Virus record (IMG/VR): IMGVR_UViG_3300023170_004698
Span: 1 to 62,058 of that record
From: a virus
Taxonomy: Duplodnaviria; Caudoviricetes
Reading direction: 5' to 3' (one strand)
DNA length: 62,058 nucleotides
A program made the position numbers and the translations under genes. Shown piece after piece: positions 49,292 to 58,524 of the stretch (positions within the stretch are counted from its first letter, which is position 1; the number at the start of each line of letters is the position of its first letter). Below the pieces are notes generated by a model that made no database searches, was not told where the DNA came from, and worked only from the letters and a program-made list of their open reading frames with translations.

Positions 49292-51811
49292 TTATTCCCA
49301 AATCCATAAAATTCTTGTCCCAACAAGCCTTATTGTTGAGGCTCGAGTTTCTAGGCTGAGCCCGTCAAAGTAGGAGTTTCCCGGGGGATCAGCAGGAAAA
49401 TCAGTGACAGTTAATCTGAACGTTGCGAAGCCATCCGATGGCTCTCCTACGTCTATTTTTAAAGGAGAAAAATCACTAACCATGACCGTTCCATCTGGTA
49501 GTCCACTCGCCAAGGGCGGAGAATTATAAGAATGAAGATTAGAAAGATCGCCCGAGTTTGGAACATCGTTGTCTACTGCGGCGTTCCAGGAAATTCCCTG
49601 AAGCAACTCGCCATCCGACACTGATTGTATCACATAGTTAGTACCGCTGTTTCCATATGAAGCCGTAACTCTAAGATTAACAATTTCGCCATCTTGATTG
49701 CCTCCCTGTATAATAAAATATGCAGTAATCCGACAAGAAGAGGGTGTGTCTGAATTTGTTGTAGTTTTCGTGGCAAATAATGGCACTGAATCCTTATATC
49801 GGTCATTCGGGTTAGCAGCATCTGGCAAAGCGCTCTGCTGAGAACCATCGGTGGAAGTACCAACACCGCCACTAAGCTGTCCATCGACAGGTAGTGATAC
49901 TGTGGCGTAAAAAACGCAACTATCATTAGTGGTATTATCTATAACATACTTGTAAGCTATATCTCGATTCGCAGTATTGAGTAGGGTATATTTTGGCGCC
50001 CTGCCAACGATGCCATTCTTGGGAACCCAATCTCCTGCACTTAACCACTGAGAGTAAACTCTGTTTGGAGCAGAAATAACAATACTATCAGTCCCAAGGT
50101 TGCCTTTTAATAATATGTTATTTCCGGCAAATATTGTTAGGGTTTCGCTGCCCGCAGCCTGGGCCGCAGGAACTGTGTCTCCGGTTATGACCCCCTCTGA
50201 CTTTGAGCCAGTAAGCCCAGCATTGTCCAAATTTATTTGATCAAAGGAATTAGCTCCAGCTGCCGGACCCCACTCTGGATACCCGTCGCCATTTATTTTT
50301 AATATATCGTTTTCATCTCCATTTGGAACATAATAAACATCTCCTTCATGATAGGGAGGGGAACCCGTCTGTGGCCAAGAATCCCCCAGCCCTCGGTCCC
50401 ATACCATTAATTGTCCCACGCCATTTTTTAGGTCGTTAATCCGCAGGGGAGAGTAGCCTTGCGGGGGATCGTCTTCTATGCTAAGCTCCTTGATATGCAG
50501 CCTTCTGGCCGGGGTGGTGAAGCCTCCGGGAGTGGGAGGATCAGAATAATCAACTGCCCCTATTCCAACATGGGCTCGATCATCAAATATGGAGTGAGAG
50601 CTTATTAGCACGGCCCTCTCAAGTCCGGTGTTTGGATTGTTTGTTCGCAGTATCATAGAGCCCGCATTAATCCCGTGGACAACTCCAGTAGCAGGACCGG
50701 CACCATAGGTGAGGTGGCGAGCAACAATTGAGGAAGTAAGCTGGTCAGCAGAGCCGGAGTCTACTCCGCCAAATCTAATCTCTGCCCTCCTATCTAGATT
50801 GTTATCTGAGCCAGTTGTGTTTTTGATTCTAAGAATCGGTCCAGAGGCCCCCGTTCCACCCGGCACGTCGTTATAAGTGAGTGCGTCATCACCAGCAAAT
50901 CCTGCGGGTACTAAATTATCATGAAACTGAATAGATCTATAACTTCCACCTGGAGTACCACCTGTTGACGATATTGTTATAGTATCACCCCCTGCATTTC
51001 CATCCAAGGTAATATTTGTGCCAGCACTTAGAGTTAGGGTGTCAGTTGTTGTATCAGCCGTTATGGTTGCATCTCCAGTTTGTGTTCCGCCTCCTGCGTT
51101 ATTTAGAGCAACAGAATCGAAAAGATTTTGATCAGGCCCGATGGAGGCGTCTGAATAAATGTCCCCATTTCCATCGACAACCAGAACGGTTCCTGAGCCA
51201 GCGCCAATCCCCTCAATCCTTAGGGGCGGATTAGAGTTATCAACTATATGAGCCTTTCTCTCTGGAGTATTGGTTCCTAATCCAAATCTCTCATTTGTAT
51301 AATCATAAAATAAATCTTGATTTCCACTAAATGCACCGGCTTCATTAAATTGTATTGAGCCGTCTATGCCTCCTGCTGAATTAGATAAATCAAGGTAATA
51401 ACATCTTTCGCCAGTTACAGGGTCTTCGGTATATTCTGGAATGGCAAGAATCTCTAGATCAAAACCTCCTGCCGCAGCAGCAGCACGACGCGCAGCAGGA
51501 GATCCGTAGACGGCATCAGAGTAACATAATATATTTGAATACCTAACTGCCGGAGTTGTACCATCTGTTCCGCCGAGGTTTGCATTGCCAAGATAACCTC
51601 TAATGTGGGCACCAGATGTTAGCAGGATCTTTGAGGCATGACCATCCTCATGCTTTCCGTCATGTACGTGTCCAAATACCAGCGGATCAAATTCATCCAC
51701 TGTTTCGTTGTACCCAAACTCTCCACCATAAATTTTATTCATGGTATCCGCAGTAACGATGGTTACTGCGGAGGTATATCTAGTTAACTTTGTGTCATTA
51801 TCTGTTGCCAT
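49292..51811 (-). CDS. Tail fibre/spike-like protein 1
   Basis: G/T/D-rich; GSIQFN..G.F.G and RFGLGTNTP...HI fibre motifs; N-terminus paralogous to the adjacent gene. Confidence 0.75.
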   Translation of the reverse strand: MATDNDTKLTRYTSAVTIVTADTMNKIYGGEFGYNETVDEFDPLVFGHVHDGKHEDGHASKILLTSGAHIRGYLGNANLGGTDGTTPAVRYSNILCYSDAVYGSPAARRAAAAAGGFDLEILAIPEYTEDPVTGERCYYLDLSNSAGGIDGSIQFNEAGAFSGNQDLFYDYTNERFGLGTNTPERKAHIVDNSNPPLRIEGIGAGSGTVLVVDGNGDIYSDASIGPDQNLFDSVALNNAGGGTQTGDATITADTTTDTLTLSAGTNITLDGNAGGDTITISSTGGTPGGSYRSIQFHDNLVPAGFAGDDALTYNDVPGGTGASGPILRIKNTTGSDNNLDRRAEIRFGGVDSGSADQLTSSIVARHLTYGAGPATGVVHGINAGSMILRTNNPNTGLERAVLISSHSIFDDRAHVGIGAVDYSDPPTPGGFTTPARRLHIKELSIEDDPPQGYSPLRINDLKNGVGQLMVWDRGLGDSWPQTGSPPYHEGDVYYVPNGDENDILKINGDGYPEWGPAAGANSFDQINLDNAGLTGSKSEGVITGDTVPAAQAAGSETLTIFAGNNILLKGNLGTDSIVISAPNRVYSQWLSAGDWVPKNGIVGRAPKYTLLNTANRDIAYKYVIDNTTNDSCVFYATVSLPVDGQLSGGVGTSTDGSQQSALPDAANPNDRYKDSVPLFATKTTTNSDTPSSCRITAYFIIQGGNQDGEIVNLRVTASYGNSGTNYVIQSVSDGELLQGISWNAAVDNDVPNSGDLSNLHSYNSPPLASGLPDGTVMVSDFSPLKIDVGEPSDGFATFRLTVTDFPADPPGNSYFDGLSLETRASTIRLVGTRILWIWE

Positions 51812-51821
51812 TTTAAATCAC

Positions 51822-54092
51822 TTAAGGTTGTTCTCTATATAGGTTTATATTTATTTCTGTTACATCCAATCTAACAGATAATGCCTCACCGTACAGAATC
51901 GATCCAGAACTTGTACCGGCACCACCGTTATTAAGAAATGTTCTGTTTTCAACAACAAACGAGAATCCGTAACCAGGAGGCAGTGCGGGCGGGCCAATCA
52001 ACCCGGGTGACCTATTTGTTGGCGAGGCGGTATCATGTGTAAAATATATTCTAAAATCATCATTTGGATTTGTAGTTCCGGGAGCCTTTAGCCTAACTCT
52101 TCCAAAGCCATATAGATCTCTTGAGTCGTGTGTTATTATAAATGAATCCGTGTTATATAATATTGAGCCATCCTCTTGAGTTGTAATTCCAGAGTGAAGC
52201 TCGAAAGTAACGGAGTGCCTAATTGTTCTTGGCGGCCCAAAGGCTGGCGCCGGATCAATTTCAGAAAATGAAAGTGTGCCCATCGCCTTGATAGAGTAAG
52301 ATGAATTTATTCTTGGCCTAAACGGTCTGTTTGCAGAGTAAAAATCTTCTCCGTTATCCAGGTTAGCTATCATTGTCTGGGGAGTGTTCAGCGCCCCGCT
52401 GATTGGGGGGCCGAGGTCTGTTTGGTCATATCCCTTAAAATTTCCAAACATTGTCATCGTAAAAGTTTGTGCCCCGCCCCGCTCGGGAACCAATATTGTC
52501 CATTCATTGGGCGGGGGAGGGAACGTCGTGCCAAATGTATTTAGTGGGGCACGAGAATCGAAAAAAGTTCCTGACGCCTGAACTCTTTGGCCGTACCCAT
52601 AACCAAATGCGTAATATCCAGAAACAGAAGTATAAGTCGGAATCTCATTTGTGTCATAAACATCTCCTGATGTTGCGATCTTACTGTCGTAAGCTGCCTC
52701 TATTATAGAATAGTCAGCATCGACTATAGAGCATTCGTCGCCAGCTAGGATTGCATTAGAAGTACGCGTCCCAGTAGCTGCTCCAGCAGATATACTATTA
52801 TCAATTCCTGACAAAATCGTTGAGGAAGATACTTCATTTATTTGATTGTTAAATCCGCCAAATATTATCGAGCCAATCCCTGTGGTGCCAAATTTAGATG
52901 CAAAATTCCAAACTCCTGTAATTTCGTTCCCACTGCCGCTTAATATCGAAGAATACAGGGCACTCTCTATCGAATTATTTTCACCCCCAATAATCGAGGA
53001 GTATAATGATACATCTATCAGATTGTCTTGGCCACTAGATATCAGATTGCTATCACCAGGAAAAGATGATCCAAATACCGGGGGGACTGCGCTAACGTCA
53101 ATTACATTTTGAACACCCGAAAGAATTACTGAATTGCCATTATCTTTAATTGTAGAATTTGATGCCGTACCCATGAGTGATAAAGAGGCGTTAACCATAG
53201 AGCCATTTTCCCCAAGGGAAACAGAGCCCGGAGATGTGCTTGATATTGTATTATTAAAACCTGCTGCAAAACTGTTTGATGCATCAACCTGATTTCCCTC
53301 TCCGATCGATATCGAATAATCTCCAGAAACCGTATTATTAAAAACAAGCGCAACAGAATTGAGGCCGCTAACCTCATTTCTAAAGCCTGCTGCAAATGAT
53401 CCATCGCCAGAGGCTGTATTATTTATTCCAAAAGCAGCAGAAAATTGACCCCTATTTGCTTCATCCCACTGGGTTGAATTAACCGAGCCTGCCCTAAAGG
53501 CTGAAAGGCTTTTATCAAAAAGAAACCTACTATTGCCGTTTGTTCCGTCATTTATATCTTCTAAAGATGGTGAGCCAAAAACAAAGTCTCTGCCTGTTGT
53601 CTCGCCCCAAACGCCCGGGATATCAACATATGATGTGCCATCGTAAGTCTGGCTTCTTTGTCTTATTAGAATATTTTCCGATATCCCAGAGTCGGCAGAG
53701 CTTGGGGCATCATCTTCAATGAATGTAAAGTCCGTCCTAATTCCGGTTAAATCAAGATAATAATAAGTGACTCCGTCTATTATCTCATACTCTGGAATTG
53801 CCTCGCTTTGATATAGGGTTTCTCTTACATTTCTTTTTGTAACCGCATCGTCAGCAAGATTAATGTTTAAAAGCTGATTCTCTACATGATCCACAAGATC
53901 TATCTTGCCAGCATGCCCATCCGCTTTTACGCCATCATGAACGTGGCCAATAATCCTTGGGTCATCAGGGTGTAGGTTATCAGCTTCGGAAGATCCGTAT
54001 AATCCTCCAAATATAGAGTTAGCATAATCTGCAGTAACAATTGTTGTTGCTGACTTAAACTTTGTTAGTTTAGTATCGTTGTCTACAGCCAT
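51822..54092 (-). CDS. Tail fibre/adhesin-like protein 2 with YadA-head-like beta-roll repeats
   Basis: FDKSLSAFRAG; repeats SAAFGINNTASGDGSFAAGFRNEVSG, SISIGEGN, S.I.GG.NN.I. Confidence 0.75.
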   Translation of the reverse strand: MAVDNDTKLTKFKSATTIVTADYANSIFGGLYGSSEADNLHPDDPRIIGHVHDGVKADGHAGKIDLVDHVENQLLNINLADDAVTKRNVRETLYQSEAIPEYEIIDGVTYYYLDLTGIRTDFTFIEDDAPSSADSGISENILIRQRSQTYDGTSYVDIPGVWGETTGRDFVFGSPSLEDINDGTNGNSRFLFDKSLSAFRAGSVNSTQWDEANRGQFSAAFGINNTASGDGSFAAGFRNEVSGLNSVALVFNNTVSGDYSISIGEGNQVDASNSFAAGFNNTISSTSPGSVSLGENGSMVNASLSLMGTASNSTIKDNGNSVILSGVQNVIDVSAVPPVFGSSFPGDSNLISSGQDNLIDVSLYSSIIGGENNSIESALYSSILSGSGNEITGVWNFASKFGTTGIGSIIFGGFNNQINEVSSSTILSGIDNSISAGAATGTRTSNAILAGDECSIVDADYSIIEAAYDSKIATSGDVYDTNEIPTYTSVSGYYAFGYGYGQRVQASGTFFDSRAPLNTFGTTFPPPPNEWTILVPERGGAQTFTMTMFGNFKGYDQTDLGPPISGALNTPQTMIANLDNGEDFYSANRPFRPRINSSYSIKAMGTLSFSEIDPAPAFGPPRTIRHSVTFELHSGITTQEDGSILYNTDSFIITHDSRDLYGFGRVRLKAPGTTNPNDDFRIYFTHDTASPTNRSPGLIGPPALPPGYGFSFVVENRTFLNNGGAGTSSGSILYGEALSVRLDVTEININLYREQP

Positions 54093-54097
54093 TTAAT

Positions 54098-54403
54098 TTA
54101 CTCAAGATTTTTAAAGTGTTTTTTTATCTTCTCACTAACTTTAAACTTAACTGACTTGTATGACTTCAGCATCATTTCTTCTTGAGTTTTTGGATTGCGA
54201 ACAGGCCTGGGGCTATGCTCGTATAAATAAAATTTTCCAAAACCGACTAGAGATACTTCATTGCCTTCTTCGAGTGATGAGACAACTTCCTCAAGAGCAA
54301 CCTCTAAGATATCCAGAGATTCCTTCTGGGTAAGAAGGGTCCTGCTTGAAATTCTTTTGGCTAGTTCTTTTTTGTTTATCATAAAATTCTCACTCGTACA
54401 CAC
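54098..54403 (-). CDS. hup: HU/IHF family DNA-binding protein (probable start ATG 54382)
   Basis: NKKELAKRIS, VSLVGFGKF, RNPKT, VKFKVS. Confidence 0.92.
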   Translation of the reverse strand: MCTSENFMINKKELAKRISSRTLLTQKESLDILEVALEEVVSSLEEGNEVSLVGFGKFYLYEHSPRPVRNPKTQEEMMLKSYKSVKFKVSEKIKKHFKNLE

Positions 54404-54446
54404 GCACGCATGCGTTAGTCAATGTATTATAATTTATTAATAGCAA

Positions 54447-54668
54447 TTATATGATTTCTTCTTCATCAAACTTTATCGGCAGATTTCTTGACTTAGAATA
54501 ATCTGAATCAAGTTTATCTGGATTTTTAACATAGAAATCATAAACTATATTTATATCTCCCTCGTCTAATCCTTCTGGATCTATTCCGTAGTTCTCATAT
54601 ATTTTATATATTTTCTTTAAAAGATTTTCATCTATTTTATCTTTTTTTTTGTCTTTTTCCTCAGCCAT
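54447..54668 (-). CDS. Hypothetical protein
   Basis: 73-aa ORF in operon. Confidence 0.6.
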   Translation of the reverse strand: MAEEKDKKKDKIDENLLKKIYKIYENYGIDPEGLDEGDINIVYDFYVKNPDKLDSDYSKSRNLPIKFDEEEII

Positions 54669-54670
54669 TT

Positions 54671-55051
54671 TCAGACCTTACTCTCTGAAGAGGTCTTTAT
54701 TATTCCACTGCATATATCGATCATTTGACTAACTGGCATCTTTTGCTTAAAAACATTTACGCAGTACGCACACCAAACAACGTTGCCAACTGTATATCCA
54801 GCCTCTGGGTCTATACAGTCTAAACTCATTTTCATTGGATCGTTTACTGCTCCACAGCTTTTCCTGATAATGTTTAACTCTAAACCGGAATAATGACATC
54901 TCCCATCTTGCTCTTTAAATAAGGTAATAAGATAATCTTTATCTATATTAAACGGAACTTTTCTTTTCTCGGACCTACTTTTGGCTTTTCGAAAAGCCTC
55001 ATAGAAAGCTGTATCAGGATATTTCTTACATCTTTCTTGCCAACTTTCCAA
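54671..55051 (-). CDS. HNH-like (His-Me finger) endonuclease family protein
   Basis: AKSRS.KR..PFNI, GRCHYSG, SLDCID...GYTVGNVVWCAYCVN..K; the usual SLDRID has R replaced by C. Confidence 0.7.
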   Translation of the reverse strand: MESWQERCKKYPDTAFYEAFRKAKSRSEKRKVPFNIDKDYLITLFKEQDGRCHYSGLELNIIRKSCGAVNDPMKMSLDCIDPEAGYTVGNVVWCAYCVNVFKQKMPVSQMIDICSGIIKTSSESKV

Positions 55052-55052
55052 G

Positions 55053-55322
55053 TTACTCTCCTACTGGCTTATTGTAAATACTCACCATAACTTTTGTTGA
55101 TAACTTAGCGCCAGCGGCTTTCATAACTGTTCTAACAGAGTTTGCAATTCGCCCACCCTTACCAATAAGCTTGCCCACGTCCTCTGGGCCAACCTTGACC
55201 TCAAATGAAACGCCAGACTCAGTTTCTTCTGCTGTTATATCAAGCAACTCGGTATCATCTATTATAGAAAGAACAATCGACTTAAGCGTTTCTTCTAACT
55301 CTCGAAAAACAGGACTCAACAT
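55053..55322 (-). CDS. khpA: KH-domain RNA-binding protein KhpA/YlqC family
   Basis: EVKVGPEDVGKLIGKGGRIANSVRTVMKAAG (GxxG loop). Confidence 0.88.
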   Translation of the reverse strand: MLSPVFRELEETLKSIVLSIIDDTELLDITAEETESGVSFEVKVGPEDVGKLIGKGGRIANSVRTVMKAAGAKLSTKVMVSIYNKPVGE

Positions 55323-55846
55323 TACTTCTCCTTAACCTCTATTGTTATTACTTTTTCTTCTGCCCTTGGAGGTATGACTATCTCAAGCAGACCATTGACC
55401 ATAGATGCGGTCATTCTCGCGGGCTCAAATGACGTGTGGATATAGTATCTTGTTTGAAAATTTCTTCTGGCTATACCCCTGAGGATCATTCCTCGCTGAA
55501 CCGCAACGCTTGGAGTTAATGCAGGGTAATCTTCAGAGTCTTCAGGGCTCAGATTGGGCGACTGAGTCGGGCCATCTAGCTTTTCACATACTCCGCTTAC
55601 CTCAACCTCATTCCCGTGTACGCTTATTGCTATATCACTCGGGCTATAACCCGCTAAAGCAAAGGCCATATGAAAACCTTCTTGATCACACCACTGATCA
55701 CACCTTGGGAATTTTCCAGATGAAGAAACCTTTTTATTAGAACAAACTTCTCTGTAAAATTCATCATCGCTCCATAGTAGATTCCAAACTCTACCGGGCA
55801 CTGAAATTCTAACTGCCTCTGCTTTTGCTGCGGTATTTTTACTCAT
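55322..55846 (-). CDS. Small heat-shock protein (Hsp20/IbpA-like)
   Basis: FP.....ALAGYS..DI.I, RGIARRNF, ASMVNGLLEIVIP. Confidence 0.88.
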   Translation of the reverse strand: MSKNTAAKAEAVRISVPGRVWNLLWSDDEFYREVCSNKKVSSSGKFPRCDQWCDQEGFHMAFALAGYSPSDIAISVHGNEVEVSGVCEKLDGPTQSPNLSPEDSEDYPALTPSVAVQRGMILRGIARRNFQTRYYIHTSFEPARMTASMVNGLLEIVIPPRAEEKVITIEVKEK

Positions 55847-56162
55847 TACTATCTAATCCCTCTTCTTCAATTGCTGATTCAAAATAAAAGGTAACTGCGT
55901 TAAGCATATCGACAAAGGAGTATGCAGCCCAACTAAAAACGCTAGAAGAAAAACCTGCATACACCGGGTTTATGTCAAAGAAAATAGAAAAGAAAAAGCC
56001 AACCCATAATCCCGTACACATTGGGCAGCTTAAAAGCTCTTTTAAAAACTCCGACTTAGAAAATATAAAATTTCTTACCGGTTCTAATAGGGAGCTTCCA
56101 ACTATTCCAGCAGTCGCTCCAGAACACGTTAACAAAAATAATAAAAATTCAACAATACTCAT
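55839..56162 (-). CDS. Membrane protein, DUF1360-like
   Basis: Hydrophobic helices with LLSCPMCTGLWVG. Confidence 0.7.
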   Translation of the reverse strand: MSIVEFLLFLLTCSGATAGIVGSSLLEPVRNFIFSKSEFLKELLSCPMCTGLWVGFFFSIFFDINPVYAGFSSSVFSWAAYSFVDMLNAVTFYFESAIEEEGLDSNE

Positions 56163-56220
56163 TTCACCTTCATCTCATATATATACTTATTTTATCTATA
56201 ATAATCAATAATAATTTTGG

Positions 56221-56320
56221 TTTTTACGACCACCGAAGCCCCTTGTCAAGCTTTTGCCCGAAAATGCCCCGCGCTAACGGGGCCTCGCAAATACTATAGT
56301 CACAGAAGCGATTTGGTCAA
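56221..56320 (-). promoter_or_regulatory. Tandem sigma70-like promoters flanking a GC hairpin
   Basis: TTGACC-16-TATAGT (56320-56293), hairpin GCCCCG/CGGGGC plus ATTTT (56283-56261), TTGACA-17-TAAAAA (56249-56221). Confidence 0.55.
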
Positions 56321-56386
56321 CATCTTATTTTACCGGATTAAATATTCGTTTATTATTTTTTTATTTCAGATAACTCAGCCTAGTGA

Positions 56387-56896
56387 CTACCTATACTTTG
56401 GGTTATAGTCGCTCAATAAATTAAATAACTTACCGGGGCTCATATCTGGAATGTTATACATCTTCATTTCGTCCCACATAATAATTCTAGAATAAAGGAG
56501 CGCGTGAGCTATCCATTCTGAGCAATACCACCTACCTGCCCTTCTTATCTTGAATGGACTAAGGTGAGATAGAAGCATGCCCGACCAATCATATTTATTT
56601 CCAATTGTTTCTTTTACAAATTTATTTAGCTGATCTTTTTGATAACCTCTAACAGGCTCCCTCCAGCTAAGCGGAAGTTCTATAAAGTCCCATTTGCTTT
56701 CATCATAATCATAAATTATTCTTGGTGTAACTCTAGAATTATATACGGGACTTATTGTTATCCAAGTTATTCCATCTGGCATAATCAACTCTGCATGAGA
56801 ATATTTGCTGCCCGTATACCACCTTATAATCTTATGAGCTGTTCCCTCGCCATTTTTATAAAAGGCTATCTTAATTAGATTATTATCCTTAATCAT
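56387..56896 (-). CDS. Permuted papain-like NlpC/P60 (YaeF/YiiX-like) amidase
   Basis: IAFYK, YSHAEL (His), KYDW.G, WYCSEW (Cys after His, the permuted order). Confidence 0.85.
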   Translation of the reverse strand: MIKDNNLIKIAFYKNGEGTAHKIIRWYTGSKYSHAELIMPDGITWITISPVYNSRVTPRIIYDYDESKWDFIELPLSWREPVRGYQKDQLNKFVKETIGNKYDWSGMLLSHLSPFKIRRAGRWYCSEWIAHALLYSRIIMWDEMKMYNIPDMSPGKLFNLLSDYNPKYR

Positions 56897-56911
56897 GCGA
56901 GGGCTCCGTTA

Positions 56912-57160
56912 TCAATTGTCTATTGTTCTATCCAATTTGGCCGAAGATATAGTCAATATAATATCTTTTGTGTCTTTGTCAAAATAAAATAACAGCGTAT
57001 CCGTTACATCAACATCATCTAACTCTGAATCCTTAATGACTAACCTTCCTCCCGCCGATTTTGTTAGTGCAGCCAAAAGGTGAAATGCCATTTGATCATC
57101 GCTCATTCCTTTTCTTTTGTCATCATCCATCGTCAAATATATCATCCTTAAATTTGACAT
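56912..57160 (-). CDS. Hypothetical protein
   Basis: 82-aa ORF; the start may be the internal ATG near 57106. Confidence 0.6.
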   Translation of the reverse strand: MSNLRMIYLTMDDDKRKGMSDDQMAFHLLAALTKSAGGRLVIKDSELDDVDVTDTLLFYFDKDTKDIILTISSAKLDRTIDN

Positions 57161-57380
57161 AGTCGTCTATCTCTGATGGCTTTAAATTTTTTAAAGACCA
57201 GGATATTGACATCTCTAATCCAAGATCTTTTATTTCCTTTGGGACCAAATCTTTTATAACTATATCTATCTTTCTTTTAACCGAAGTATCTTCTGAATAT
57301 CTTTTCTTTAAAAACTTGGTTAATTCTCTGTTTAAAATACCCATTTTTACCTCACTCGATTCCACAAATTTTTCTGCCAT
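57123..57380 (-). CDS. Hypothetical protein (probable start ATG 57344)
   Basis: GAGGT RBS before MGILN. Confidence 0.6.
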   Translation of the reverse strand: MAEKFVESSEVKMGILNRELTKFLKKRYSEDTSVKRKIDIVIKDLVPKEIKDLGLEMSISWSLKNLKPSEIDDYVKFKDDIFDDG

Positions 57381-58317
57381 TGACAGTTGCTATCTTAACC
57401 AGTTCGCCTATATCATAAAAGTGAGTTGACTCCAAAAGGAATCTTAGCTCGACCATCATATCTCCATCTGAGAAGGGCTTATATACGTCGCATATGTTAT
57501 CGGAGCCAATAGCCACCTCGATGCCTAGCGGCACCATTTCATCTATGGGCGTCACGGCGTTGTGCTGGGGCGCTAGGGCTTCGCTTCTGCGGTGGTCGAT
57601 CCAGGCCGAGGGGCAGCTAACGAAGCTCAGGCCCGCATCCTGACACATCTTGTAGACTTCTTTTCTGTAAGACTTTTTGTGAGCAGCAAGACTAATGGAG
57701 TGTACCGCCGTAACTCTTCCCTCCAGTCCATGCTCCATGGTCTTTCTGGCAAGAAGCTCTGTTTCTTTTTCCTCTGGAGAATTTAGTTGGTCAACATGAA
57801 CGTGAACTCTTTGACCTCCAGACTTCGCAGCTTGCATTAGAATATCTATATGTTCAGCCTCTGATCCTTCGTCCTTTCTTGGTAGCCCACCGATTACGTC
57901 GAAGTGACTTGAGTAATTATAAAACCACCTTTTTGCATCCGGCTCTATTACTCCGCTAAGAGTTTGGCAGGCAATTTTAAGAGTAAACTTATCTGACCAA
58001 TCTTTCTTTGCTCTTTTTGCAGCCATGAGCGCTCGGTCATGTGATATAGGATCGCAGTCTATAAAAGTCAGCCCGCTAGTTACACCCATCTTTATCTGAT
58101 TATAAATAGCTTCTGATATATGATTATAGTACCTTTCCTCAGATGCTGTTTTCTTATATTCATTTACCAGCTCCCACTTTTCAAACAAGTGGGCATTTAC
58201 CCTATCATTCTCGAAATCTCCCGTTGATGCAGTATAAGCTCTATCAAAATGAGCATGAGCATTGCAAAAACCACCGCTTCTCTCTATCAGCATTCTTAAT
58301 CTATCTAAAGTATACAT
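57352..58317 (-). CDS. Cytosine deaminase (CodA)-like amidohydrolase
   Basis: NAHAHFDRA (HxH), HVHVDQ, RVTAVH, GSDNI.D...PF. Confidence 0.85.
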   Translation of the reverse strand: MYTLDRLRMLIERSGGFCNAHAHFDRAYTASTGDFENDRVNAHLFEKWELVNEYKKTASEERYYNHISEAIYNQIKMGVTSGLTFIDCDPISHDRALMAAKRAKKDWSDKFTLKIACQTLSGVIEPDAKRWFYNYSSHFDVIGGLPRKDEGSEAEHIDILMQAAKSGGQRVHVHVDQLNSPEEKETELLARKTMEHGLEGRVTAVHSISLAAHKKSYRKEVYKMCQDAGLSFVSCPSAWIDHRRSEALAPQHNAVTPIDEMVPLGIEVAIGSDNICDVYKPFSDGDMMVELRFLLESTHFYDIGELVKIATVNGRKICGIE

Positions 58318-58332
58318 AAACTTCCTACTTCG

Positions 58333-58524
58333 TCATTCGTCACAACCCTTCTTTAATTCAGAAAGAAAGTGTTCAATCTCTAAGGCAACGCTATCATAAT
58401 CTCGCCGCTCCAGCGGACCAAAGTGCCTATCCCAAGTATAAACCTTTTCTTTAAGATATCTAGACAAAGGGTGTTCTGCTTTTAATTCGTCGGCTTCTTT
58501 TTTTGAAGAATCACTCATCCTCAT
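58333..58524 (-). CDS. Hypothetical protein
   Basis: 63-aa ORF overlapping the upstream gene end. Confidence 0.55.
   Translation of the reverse strand: MRMSDSSKKEADELKAEHPLSRYLKEKVYTWDRHFGPLERRDYDSVALEIEHFLSELKKGCDE

Noticed and set aside
49292-54092. Diversity-generating retroelement or invertible fibre switch
   Set aside because: No reverse transcriptase, invertase, adenine-variant repeat pair or inverted cassette is visible.
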